The position numbers and the translations under genes were made by a program. From Candidatus Sumerlaeaceae bacterium (GTDB lineage: Bacteria; Sumerlaeota; Sumerlaeia; Sumerlaeales; Sumerlaeaceae), in NCBI GenBank assembly GCA_051003195.1, contig JBPCLP010000009.1:150618-214617 (forward strand): DNA of 64,000 nucleotides. Reading direction: 5' to 3'. This document shows positions 40,951 to 49,206 of the stretch, one piece after another; position 1 is the stretch's first letter; each line of letters begins with the position of its first letter. The notes under the pieces were generated by a model. It searched no databases. It was not told the origin of the DNA and saw only the letters and a program-made list of their open reading frames with translations.

Positions 40951-41767
40951 GGAACAAGGGGACAGGCCCTTTCAAAGTTCTGCAAACATGTCATGTGTAA
41001 CATCTTTGTCGGCCAAGGCTTTGGCTTTTCTGCCGGAGGGCTGAGGTTGAAGAATGCGCTGGAGTTCTCCCTCTAGCCGCGTGATGAAATCATTGGAACC
41101 GCAGGGCCGGCCAGTCATGGTGCTTGCGCGGATGCGCTCGATTTGCTGGGAGTTGAGTGCACTCTGCAGCCACTGCGCCCAGCCGTCGCAAGTCACCTCC
41201 CCGGGAAACGGGGACGTCGGCCAGTGCAGTCCGCCGTGGCCGCTGTTGCGCGGAGCGGAGATGCCGCAATGCGTGGCCGCACTGGACCATGCATACGACT
41301 CGGCGTCCACGCACATGGCAGCACGCACGGGGTTCAGTTCCACGTAGCGTACGGCGGTCCATAGGTGGTCGTCGTCAAGGGGTGTCGAGTAGAAGCGATT
41401 GGCCCACACATGCCCGCTGAGGTGGTGCTGCTGGTTAAACCACTGCGCGTACTTGCCATGTGCGTTGCCCAGTGCGCGGCTGATGGAATGCGTGTGCTCG
41501 GGCCAGCCCAGCAGATGGATGTGATTGCTCATCAGGCACCATGTCCAGATGTGCAGACCGTGAGCGTGACAGTAGCGTTCGAGAAACGCGAGGTATGCTT
41601 CGCGGTCGGTGTCGTACAAGAACACTCGCCCGCGACGATTACCGCGGTGCGTGATGTGGTAGGGTATCTGCGGAACGACTACGCGTGCAAGACGAGCCAA
41701 ATGTCACCAGGTGTCTCCACACTACTGCGCATTGCAACTTCTTTGAAAGGGCCTGTCCCCTTGTTCC
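40951..41767. mobile_element. RAYT gene framed by perfect 27-bp inverted repeats
   Basis: GGAACAAGGGGACAGGCCCTTTCAAAG (40951-40977) and its exact reverse complement (41741-41767). Confidence 0.75.
40972..41700 (-). CDS. REP-associated tyrosine transposase (Y1/HUH, IS200-like)
   Basis: MARLAR, YHITHRGN, CLMSNHIHLL (HUH), GHVWANRF, RYVELNPVRA (catalytic Tyr), YAWSS. Confidence 0.92.
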   Translation of the reverse strand: MARLARVVVPQIPYHITHRGNRRGRVFLYDTDREAYLAFLERYCHAHGLHIWTWCLMSNHIHLLGWPEHTHSISRALGNAHGKYAQWFNQQHHLSGHVWANRFYSTPLDDDHLWTAVRYVELNPVRAAMCVDAESYAWSSAATHCGISAPRNSGHGGLHWPTSPFPGEVTCDGWAQWLQSALNSQQIERIRASTMTGRPCGSNDFITRLEGELQRILQPQPSGRKAKALADKDVTHDMFAEL

Positions 41768-41814
41768 GTCCCCTTGTTCCCTTGTTCCCTTGTTCGCCAT
41801 TTCCATTTTTACTT

Positions 41815-43314
41815 TCATTCCAAGTGCCAGTCAGCGAGTACTACCGGCAGCACACCGCTGCTTCCCAAATGCGAGGCATAAACGTGGTAATTCGTTCCGC
41901 TCCGGTAGTCTTGCCAAGTGATAATGGCGCCACCGGCAGCGTCGGTTGCAAGTTGCGGGAATTTCTGATCATTCGTCGCGGTGGAGATCGCGACGCCGTT
42001 AGTAACCCACTGCACAATGCCGCTGCCATTAATGCGCTGAGCATAAATGTCGTAGTTCGACCCCGAGCGGCGGTCATACCACGTGATGATCGCGCCGCCG
42101 GCACCGTCTCCAAGAATCTGCCGACTACCGCTCTCATCCGCAAGCTGGTCTCCTGCTGCCGTGCAGATAGCGACTCCGTTCGTCGTCCACTGCACGAAAC
42201 CGCTAGAATTGATCCGCTGGACATACACATCGCTGTCTGAAAAGTTTCGATAGTCTTCCCAAGAGATCACAGCTCCCCCGGCTCCATCACTGGTGACCTG
42301 CGGCAGATATGAAGTATGTCTTGTTTGTGCGCAGATCGCGATCCCATTGGAAGTCCATTGCACTGTCCCGCTGGAATTGATCCGCTGGGCATAAATGTCA
42401 GAGTTAGTATTGTTGGTGCGCGCGTCACCCCAAGCGATGATCGCGCCGCCTGCGCCATCGCTGATAACTTCCGGGTTTTTTTGTGCGTTCGTTGCCGTGC
42501 AAATTGCGACGCCGTTGGGACTCCACTGCACCGCGCCACCGGAGTCGACGTGCTGCGCATAAATGTCATATATCCCAGAGTTTCGGAGATCTTGCCACGT
42601 GATAATCGCACCGCCCGCGCCATCGGTGGTGAGTTCCGGATAAGTCTGGTCTGCCGCTGCGGCGCAAATGGCAACCCCGTTGGCCGTCCACTGAGGTGAA
42701 CCGCTCGAGTTAAGCTTTTGTGCGTACACGTCGTAATTCGAAGCGTTGCGAAAGTCCACCCAGACAACGATGACACCGCCGCTTCCATCGCTGATAATTT
42801 GAGCCGAGTCTTGATCACCTGCCGCCGTACAAATGCCAATGCCGTTGGAGATCCACTGAATCACGCCGCTAGCGTTAATCCGCTGCGCATAGATATCCCA
42901 GTTCGTCCCGCTGCGGTAGTCTTGCCACACAATAAATGCTCCTCCAGAACCGTCGCTGACTAAGGGAGAACCCGATTGATAATTAGCAGCCACGCAAACG
43001 GCTACGCCGTTACCAGTCCACTGCACAGAACCGCTCGCGTTAAGTCGCTGCGCATATATATGGGAGTTCGGAAATCCGCTGCGGTAATCCGTCCAAGACA
43101 GAATCGCGCCGCCCGAACCATCGCCAATGAGCTGAGGGGCATATTGGTCATTCACAGCCACGCACACGACATTATTGACAGCCGGGTCGCTCGACCAAGT
43201 GGCGAACGCGGAGCCGGAAGAGAGCACAAAGATGCTAAGTGCGTATGACATTTTGAGAAAAACATTCCGAAGATTCTTGCGTCGAACGCCGACCCCTGCG
43301 GTTGTCCTACTCAT
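41815..43314 (-). CDS. Secreted protein with eight ~56-aa DGxGGA-x-x-x-W-x-D-x-R...DIYAQ repeats (probable beta-propeller)
   Basis: Signal peptide (SAFA); 8 repeats; C-terminus GVLPVVLADWHLE; start 43314 or 43251. Confidence 0.85.
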   Translation of the reverse strand: MSRTTAGVGVRRKNLRNVFLKMSYALSIFVLSSGSAFATWSSDPAVNNVVCVAVNDQYAPQLIGDGSGGAILSWTDYRSGFPNSHIYAQRLNASGSVQWTGNGVAVCVAANYQSGSPLVSDGSGGAFIVWQDYRSGTNWDIYAQRINASGVIQWISNGIGICTAAGDQDSAQIISDGSGGVIVVWVDFRNASNYDVYAQKLNSSGSPQWTANGVAICAAAADQTYPELTTDGAGGAIITWQDLRNSGIYDIYAQHVDSGGAVQWSPNGVAICTATNAQKNPEVISDGAGGAIIAWGDARTNNTNSDIYAQRINSSGTVQWTSNGIAICAQTRHTSYLPQVTSDGAGGAVISWEDYRNFSDSDVYVQRINSSGFVQWTTNGVAICTAAGDQLADESGSRQILGDGAGGAIITWYDRRSGSNYDIYAQRINGSGIVQWVTNGVAISTATNDQKFPQLATDAAGGAIITWQDYRSGTNYHVYASHLGSSGVLPVVLADWHLE

Positions 43315-43519
43315 CGAACAAATATTGCCGCTGGACATTTAGCGAACCATCATCGTCGCCCTTCATCTTCCTCGGCAAATCGCAATTTAGCGCTGCTAGA
43401 ATGTCGCTTCCTAAAAATGAAGGGACATTCGGCGGCAACGAGATGAGAGCCAATGCGTCCTCACCAAGTAACCGAATGAGTTCTTTCCGCGAATACCACT
43501 GATCATCGTTGATTTGCAT
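43307..43519 (-). CDS. Small hypothetical protein
   Basis: AAGGAG SD; stop overlaps the ATG at 43314. Confidence 0.4.
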   Translation of the reverse strand: MQINDDQWYSRKELIRLLGEDALALISLPPNVPSFLGSDILAALNCDLPRKMKGDDDGSLNVQRQYLFDE

Positions 43520-44077
43520 TAGCTATCGCTCCTTCTCATCGTAGCGGCGAGCGAGCTGCTCCGTGTCAAGTTAATACCGAGCGGATTTGCAAATTGGACA
43601 GTTCCTCCAGTCCAGGCTTGGTAGAAGCGAACTCACTGCTTCACGGGAAATTAGACCTGCTTCAGTTCTGTGGACAGTGACGCGTGCGAATTGCTAGAAG
43701 CTTTTCATTTTTGGAATCTGGATGTCCCCTCAGAGATCAGCAGTCTCGCAGCGCTGGAGCAGCGAAAACAATCACCAAACCCAATGTAACGGAGGTGAAG
43801 TCAAATATTACTGAATTGTGCCGCAATTGAAACTTGAACTCCCAGCACCAGCGTTATATTGGCTCCACTAGTGCACGCTGGATGCGTTTAAGAACAGCAG
43901 TTTCCGCATAGTAGTATGGTAGTTGGAGGGCGTGGTGCTCCATGAATCCTTATCATGGACGTCCCCAATTTTCCTTTCCCAATTTTCTGCGCTCCAGCAT
44001 TTTCTCGATGCGCTTAATAAACCCGTCGGCAAGTCTTGCAAATCGCGGCTTCGCGTTAAGGATTAGCTTCGGCCGAA

Positions 44078-46075
44078 TTACATCGGCGAAAGGCGTACCG
44101 CCTGGCCGCCAATATGGGTAAGCCTGGCCTGGATGCTGTCGTTACGGGTGACGGTTTGTTGCAGGATTTGCAGCGCAGTTGCTTGTTCTGGCTGGTGCAG
44201 ATCGTCGCCGAATATTTCGGCTTTGTAGTTTCCCGCCGGGAGGAAATCGAGCGGGATAGACAGGTCGCGGCTCTCGCTATTGGTCATGGTGCCGATGTAC
44301 CATTGCCTTCCTTTTCGGCGTGCGATAGTGATGTACTTGCCCACTTCGCCGTTAAGGAAGCGGGTTTCATCCCAGGTGGTTGGAACATCGACCATGAACT
44401 GCAACCCGGGCTGGCCGCGGTACGCGGCGGGATAGTCGGCCATCATAGGCAGGTAGTCCTCAAAAACCACATAACGCGCCAGTTCCCGCGCGCGGGTGCC
44501 GCGGGTCATTGGCGCCACGTCCTGCGCTTTATAATCTGCCTCGAACACATTGTGGAAGGAGCCGGAATGAAAGTCCATCGGGCCAGCGAGCATTCGCGTG
44601 AACGGGACAGTCACGTCGTGTTCGGGCGTTACGCCTTTCGTCCATTTGTTATACTCGAGATTTAGCACAGCCTCCACGGCGAGCAGGTTGGGATACGTGC
44701 GCTGCAGCCCCGTGGGTTTGTACATGTTGTGCAGTGTGACGGTGAGGTGGTGCTTCAGCGCGAGCGCGAGGATGTCATGCACGAGTTGCACCGTCTGTTG
44801 ATCGTCGTGATCGAAGAAGTCGCACATGACGCCCTCGATACCCCACTTCTCGTAGATGGGAAACGCCTTTTCCATCTGGGCTTTGGCGGCGTCGGAGTTC
44901 ATCCAGAATCGCAGCTTTACATTTTTCGACTGTGCGTAGGCAATCACCTGTGGCAGGTCGAGGCCCGCTCTGGCCGTGGTGATGTCGGCGCCATCGTAAG
45001 GACGGATCTTGCCGTCGTACCACGCCTTGTTCTTCACGCCGTCCAGCGAGTGGTACTCAATGCCTGCCTCAGAACAAAAATCGATGTAGTGCTTCATGGT
45101 GGCGGTGTTAAGGTCGCCTTTAAATCCGGCGTTGCCCAGTTCGTAGCCATTCCACCAGGGGAAGGTGGTTTTGCCGGTTTTGATCCACGCGGTGTTGGAG
45201 GTGAGCGAGGGCGGGTTCAGATTGTAAACGAGGTTCGATTCGATGAGCGCGCCTTCGTGTTTGCCGATCATGATGACGCGCCACGGCGACTGGTGCGGCA
45301 GCATAGCTTTGACGGCGTGCGCTGGATCGTCGAGCCGTGGGGAAAGGCGACTGGCGAGACAACCAACCTGTGCGGCCGATGGCGATAGGTACATCCCTGC
45401 GTAATCAGTCAGGTCGGCCTCTGTAATTGCGGCGCACGTGCCGTCGTCGTACTTGAGCAGAAGCGGCAGACCGAGCAACGTGGAGGAAGTTATCTGCTGA
45501 AGGGGAACCGGGTTGTAATAGAACTCGTACGGGGTGGCGAAAGAGGTGACGGGCAGCGTCCACGCGGTGGGGTTGCCGGCGATGCAAAACGCCGTGTCTT
45601 CGTCCTCAATTGCAAATGCACCGCTACCCGGGAACCTGTAGCGGAACGCAACGCCATCGTCATACGCACGAAAAACCAGTTCCACTGTTTCGTGTGTGGA
45701 CGAGTTTTCCAGCTCAGCCGTGAGTTCGTTATAATGATCGCGTGCCGTCGCCGATTTCCCACAGATCACGGTGTTGGTGGTGTCCGCCGAAACGCGGCTT
45801 GCCCGCGTGATGGCCATCGCAGCGGAGAAAAGCGTGGACGATGTAATTCGCACGCTGAGGCCAGAATCCTGGATCAGGGTTTTTCCACCGTAGTCGACTG
45901 CGTAGCTGGGTCCGGTGAAGCTCGCATCCGGATGCACGGCCGATAACCGAACGTGGATATTGCCGTCCGGCGAGTCGAGCGAAAGCGCAAGCGAGGGTTC
46001 GCTATTGGCCATTCCAGTTGATGGAGCAAATGCCAGTAACATGTAAAGCAACGAAGTGACGGTTAGATTGCGCAT
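44078..46075 (-). CDS. Secreted glycoside hydrolase family 97 (alpha-glucosidase/alpha-galactosidase)
   Basis: SPDGNI, FRAYDDGVAFRY, SPWRVIMI, YIDF, KPTGLQRTYPN, PFTRMLAGPMD, VPTTWDETR. Confidence 0.92.
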   Translation of the reverse strand: MRNLTVTSLLYMLLAFAPSTGMANSEPSLALSLDSPDGNIHVRLSAVHPDASFTGPSYAVDYGGKTLIQDSGLSVRITSSTLFSAAMAITRASRVSADTTNTVICGKSATARDHYNELTAELENSSTHETVELVFRAYDDGVAFRYRFPGSGAFAIEDEDTAFCIAGNPTAWTLPVTSFATPYEFYYNPVPLQQITSSTLLGLPLLLKYDDGTCAAITEADLTDYAGMYLSPSAAQVGCLASRLSPRLDDPAHAVKAMLPHQSPWRVIMIGKHEGALIESNLVYNLNPPSLTSNTAWIKTGKTTFPWWNGYELGNAGFKGDLNTATMKHYIDFCSEAGIEYHSLDGVKNKAWYDGKIRPYDGADITTARAGLDLPQVIAYAQSKNVKLRFWMNSDAAKAQMEKAFPIYEKWGIEGVMCDFFDHDDQQTVQLVHDILALALKHHLTVTLHNMYKPTGLQRTYPNLLAVEAVLNLEYNKWTKGVTPEHDVTVPFTRMLAGPMDFHSGSFHNVFEADYKAQDVAPMTRGTRARELARYVVFEDYLPMMADYPAAYRGQPGLQFMVDVPTTWDETRFLNGEVGKYITIARRKGRQWYIGTMTNSESRDLSIPLDFLPAGNYKAEIFGDDLHQPEQATALQILQQTVTRNDSIQARLTHIGGQAVRLSPM

Positions 46076-46174
46076 GAGTTTGCTCAGGAAATTCGGGGAC
46101 GATGGGGCTGTTGAAAAACCGACACCGGAGGTGTCGAACATGAATGGCCGCAGGTGCAACCCGCGGGTTTTGAG

Positions 46175-46262
46175 CGTAATATCCCCACGACCCTTGCAAA
46201 TCTAGCCATGCCGTACCAGCTACATGATGCTTGCAGCTGGAATCAATGGATAAGCTGTCCCG
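46175..46262 (-). pseudogene. RAYT 5' remnant (leader plus MARFARVV)
   Basis: ATG 46209 gives MARFARVV; 46194-46261 matches 50960-51027 at 64 of 68 nt. Confidence 0.7.
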
Positions 46263-46273
46263 GCAAAAGGCTC

Positions 46274-46357
46274 TCACGAATTTACACGAATCCGCTTATC
46301 GGCGTATAGGGGCTTAGGCGGCTCAAGCGAACCACGGATGACACGGATCACACGGAT
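46274..46357. repeat. CACGAAT/CACGGAT short periodic repeats
   Basis: TCACGAATTTACACGAAT and CCACGGATGACACGGATCACACGGAT. Confidence 0.7.
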
Positions 46358-46496
46358 TTGTACGAAGTTCTGCGGTCAGCTCCAAGCTGTCCCGGGAGCT
46401 GTGTCCGCGTTTTCAGAGGAAGTTCACTTTTATTCCCGACTCCATGCCGGTTTATCCCGGCGCACTACACGTCCCGAATTTTCCGAAGTGATAGCG

Positions 46497-47156
46497 TTAA
46501 AAGTGAATGGGCCGTATAAACCGTTCATCAAGGAAAGGCTGCATTTCTCGATAGACATCTTCACGTACAATTAAGTCTGGTGCTCTGATGACTGCATCAT
46601 GCTTCAGGTGAAGCGCTGTTAGTTTCGACGCAATGTACTCTCTGAAATGCTGCCTAGAATAGAGCGCTATTTGGCCGGCACCGATCTCTGGGAGGACATC
46701 ACCGATTGCAGGAACGAAAAGTTCTGAAGTCTGCGGGGCGGCATCATGGTATTTGGGCACATCTGGCTGTTTGACCAGATAAGCATCTGCGTCATTCATC
46801 CATTCTTCTGATGGAAACCGCGAAATTTCAACGACATCAACTTCAACGGTATATAGACGATGAAACATCACAGGCGCAAAATTGCAGCCGGGACAAAAAC
46901 GCTTGATGATACCTGCCAACTCATCTACAAAGATAAACGCTCCTCCAGGAAATGGTCTGCAGAAGTTTGGGAAAAAGGTACCCGGACGTATAACTCTGAC
47001 CGGGTCAATCAATGCCGTTTGAAAGGTTCGTTTCCAAACGGTCTTTGGCGAAACCATTATTCCGTGATACAGTTTCTCTATAGCGTAACCAATCCGGTTG
47101 TCTGTACACCCAAGCGCATAATGGTCGACGACCAACAAGCATGCACCAGTTCTCAT
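46497..47156 (-). CDS. Hypothetical protein (low-GC cargo)
   Basis: 219-aa open frame, visibly lower GC than the core genes; no recognised motif. Confidence 0.5.
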   Translation of the reverse strand: MRTGACLLVVDHYALGCTDNRIGYAIEKLYHGIMVSPKTVWKRTFQTALIDPVRVIRPGTFFPNFCRPFPGGAFIFVDELAGIIKRFCPGCNFAPVMFHRLYTVEVDVVEISRFPSEEWMNDADAYLVKQPDVPKYHDAAPQTSELFVPAIGDVLPEIGAGQIALYSRQHFREYIASKLTALHLKHDAVIRAPDLIVREDVYREMQPFLDERFIRPIHF

Positions 47157-47233
47157 TCCGAGAGCTCGTAGTTTCTGTAAAACGGCCTGCCCAATGTATC
47201 TTCAACTCCCTTAACAGTTGGATTTTGAGGGGA

Positions 47234-47341
47234 TGGGTTATAGACTTCGGTTATCGGCCGGCCGCTGGTCTCAATCAGCTCAACGGCATTGCGCTTAAAC
47301 TCATCGTCATAGCGTTTCCAGGGTTGATGTTTTGAATCCAT
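47234..47341 (-). pseudogene. IS3-family transposase OrfA N-terminal fragment
   Basis: MDSKHQPWKRYDDEFKRNAVELIETSGRPITEV (HTH_Tnp_1-like) next to the IS end; similarity lost after EV. Confidence 0.8.
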
Positions 47342-47418
47342 GACACGCTCCTGGCAACTCGCGCGCGTCACTGTCCACAGAACTGAAGCAGGTCTAAAAT
47401 CTCCGAATTCGGTCCTTG

Positions 47419-48009
47419 TTACCAGCTTAGAAAAACAAACCCGTCACTTCCCGGATACCTGGGCATTGATCCGTCGCCGCCCTGTGCGGAGATAACTCCA
47501 TACAATGGATAGCTTGAAGCGTTGCCCAAGCTCCGATCATTACTTGCGACACGAAATCCGCCACCGATACCGCCCTGGCCGAACGCACCCACAAACGCAT
47601 TGGCTGGTCCTCCGCCCTTCCCGCCGTCGGCTGAAAGGAGCAAACTGCCATCTATGGATTTGAATTCTGAGTCCGTGCCGTCGCTCCCGGTATCAGTTGG
47701 AAGCACCCCTTTTAGACCGCCGATGCCTACTGTGACCGTATATATTTGCCCGGGCTTAACTCGAATGCGATGCTTTACAAATTCTCCCCAGCCTCCGCTG
47801 CCACCATGGGTTTCTCCGCCACCGGCACCGCCTCCTGCTGCCCACATTTCGATCTGAACCGTGGTTGCCCCTTTCGGCGCCTGCCATGTGCCACTTTCGA
47901 AAAATGCCTCGACACCAGGATTGGCCGGCGCCGCCAATACGATGCTGGTAGATGAAAGTGCGACAAATAACATACTGCACATACCACATGCAAATCTGAA
48001 GATCGACAT
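47419..48009 (-). CDS. Secreted glycine-rich domain protein
   Basis: Signal peptide; SGTWQAPKGATTVQIEMWAAGGGAGG...VKPGQIYTVTVGIGG...GSDGFVFLSW. Confidence 0.75.
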   Translation of the reverse strand: MSIFRFACGMCSMLFVALSSTSIVLAAPANPGVEAFFESGTWQAPKGATTVQIEMWAAGGGAGGGETHGGSGGWGEFVKHRIRVKPGQIYTVTVGIGGLKGVLPTDTGSDGTDSEFKSIDGSLLLSADGGKGGGPANAFVGAFGQGGIGGGFRVASNDRSLGNASSYPLYGVISAQGGDGSMPRYPGSDGFVFLSW

Positions 48010-48120
48010 CGTCTGAACTCCTATATAGAGATAGAATTATAGAACCGCTGATTTAGACGGAAAGTTTCGTCGCAGGGTTGACCATGCAGGATAAATATAA
48101 TCTCTTATCACACCGTTATC

Positions 48121-48154
48121 GTATTGATTGTTGTATTGATTGTTGTATTGATTG
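48121..48154. repeat. 12-bp tandem repeat x2.8
   Basis: GTATTGATTGTT twice plus GTATTGATTG. Confidence 0.85.
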
Positions 48155-48209
48155 GGCTTTGCAGGGTTGGGTTTTGAGGACTGGTTTTGCATTGAGTGGG
48201 TCAAAGAGA

Positions 48210-48311
48210 TCAGGGGTAGCGCATGTGGGCGCGGCCAATGGCATTGGCCATGGAGTGGGGTTGGCTTGGAACAACGCTCAGGTGGATGTGGTTGGTCATC
48301 AGGCAGTACGC
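48210..48311 (-). pseudogene. RAYT internal fragment (HUH region)
   Basis: Manual translation AYCLMTNHIHLSVVPSQPHSMANAIGRAHMRY aligns to the intact RAYT. Confidence 0.8.
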
Positions 48312-48403
48312 CTACTCCCCTCAAAACCGATAGCCTCTGCCGTGAGTGTTTGCAGTTTTGGGGTACACGGTCAGATTTCGCCAAGCAATTAGGTCGTATA
48401 TAG

Positions 48404-48745
48404 TTACTTCTGCGTCAGTTTCGCGAGGAGGTCCTCAATCCGGCTTTTAAATGACGGCAGGTCACAGGCGACCGTTTTCCATACAAAATCAAGATCGATT
48501 CCGAAGTAATCGTGGACCAGGATGTGTCGCATGCCGATAATTTTGCGCCACGGAATGTCGGCCGCGAGCGAGCGGACTTCATCAGGCAAGGCGCGGGCAG
48601 CCTCTCCGATGATTTGAATGTGGCGAATGAACCAATTCTGGATCAATTCATCGCGCTCAAACTCCTCGCGGCCTCGGTCGACGTATCGTTCAATGCGGTC
48701 GATAGCTTCGAGAATGTCGCGCACACGTTCGGCTGGCTGTCTCAC
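48404..48745 (-). CDS. HepT-like HEPN ribonuclease toxin (DUF86)
   Basis: IQIIGEAA, IPWRKIIGMRHILVHDYFG (R-X4-H). Confidence 0.92.
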   Translation of the reverse strand: MRQPAERVRDILEAIDRIERYVDRGREEFERDELIQNWFIRHIQIIGEAARALPDEVRSLAADIPWRKIIGMRHILVHDYFGIDLDFVWKTVACDLPSFKSRIEDLLAKLTQK

Positions 48746-49035
48746 AGCGGGACCGCTTCGGCGAGCACCCGCGCACGGATACGATTTTTCAGCAGCGAGG
48801 GCGTTGTCACATCCACTTGCATCTGAAGCAGATCGCGCAAATCCATCAGCAGCCCGCCCAAATCCAGTAACCCACGGCCTGGTTCGAGATCTACCAGGAT
48901 ATCAAGGTCACTGTCGGGATTGTCGTCCCCGCGAGCCACAGAACCAAAAACGCGCACGTGACGGGCGCCGTGGCGCTCGGCCAGCGCAAGAATTTCCTGG
49001 CGGCGGCGCTCGATCTGTTCGTAGATGGGACTCAT
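48742..49035 (-). CDS. MntA-like minimal nucleotidyltransferase antitoxin
   Basis: FGSVARGDDNPDSDLD (GS-X10-DXD); GTGA overlap with the toxin gene. Confidence 0.92.
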   Translation of the reverse strand: MSPIYEQIERRRQEILALAERHGARHVRVFGSVARGDDNPDSDLDILVDLEPGRGLLDLGGLLMDLRDLLQMQVDVTTPSLLKNRIRARVLAEAVPL

Positions 49036-49206
49036 GGTGTTACAGGCTGTGGGTGATGCGGCAAAGCGCAAGCTTGGATTAAGCGGCTCCGCGTGTCGGA
49101 TTAAGTGGGAAGGAGAATGCATAACCTGTCCGCTCAAAATGAACACAATTTTCTATAAACTAGATAATTGTGGATAATCCGTTACTGAGTTGCGATCGAA
49201 AAGCTT

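Larger units (their letters stand above)
43652..47396. mobile_element. IS3-ended non-autonomous/composite transposon carrying GH97
   Basis: ~49-bp inverted ends starting TAGACCTGCTTCAGTTCTGTGGACAGTGACGCG (33 identical nt); AAAT direct repeat at 43648-43651 and 47397-47400; IS3 orfA fragment inside the right end. Confidence 0.75.

Noticed and set aside
41815..43314. DGR template/variable repeat pair among internal repeats
   Set aside because: No reverse transcriptase in the window, and repeat divergence is not adenine-specific by eye.
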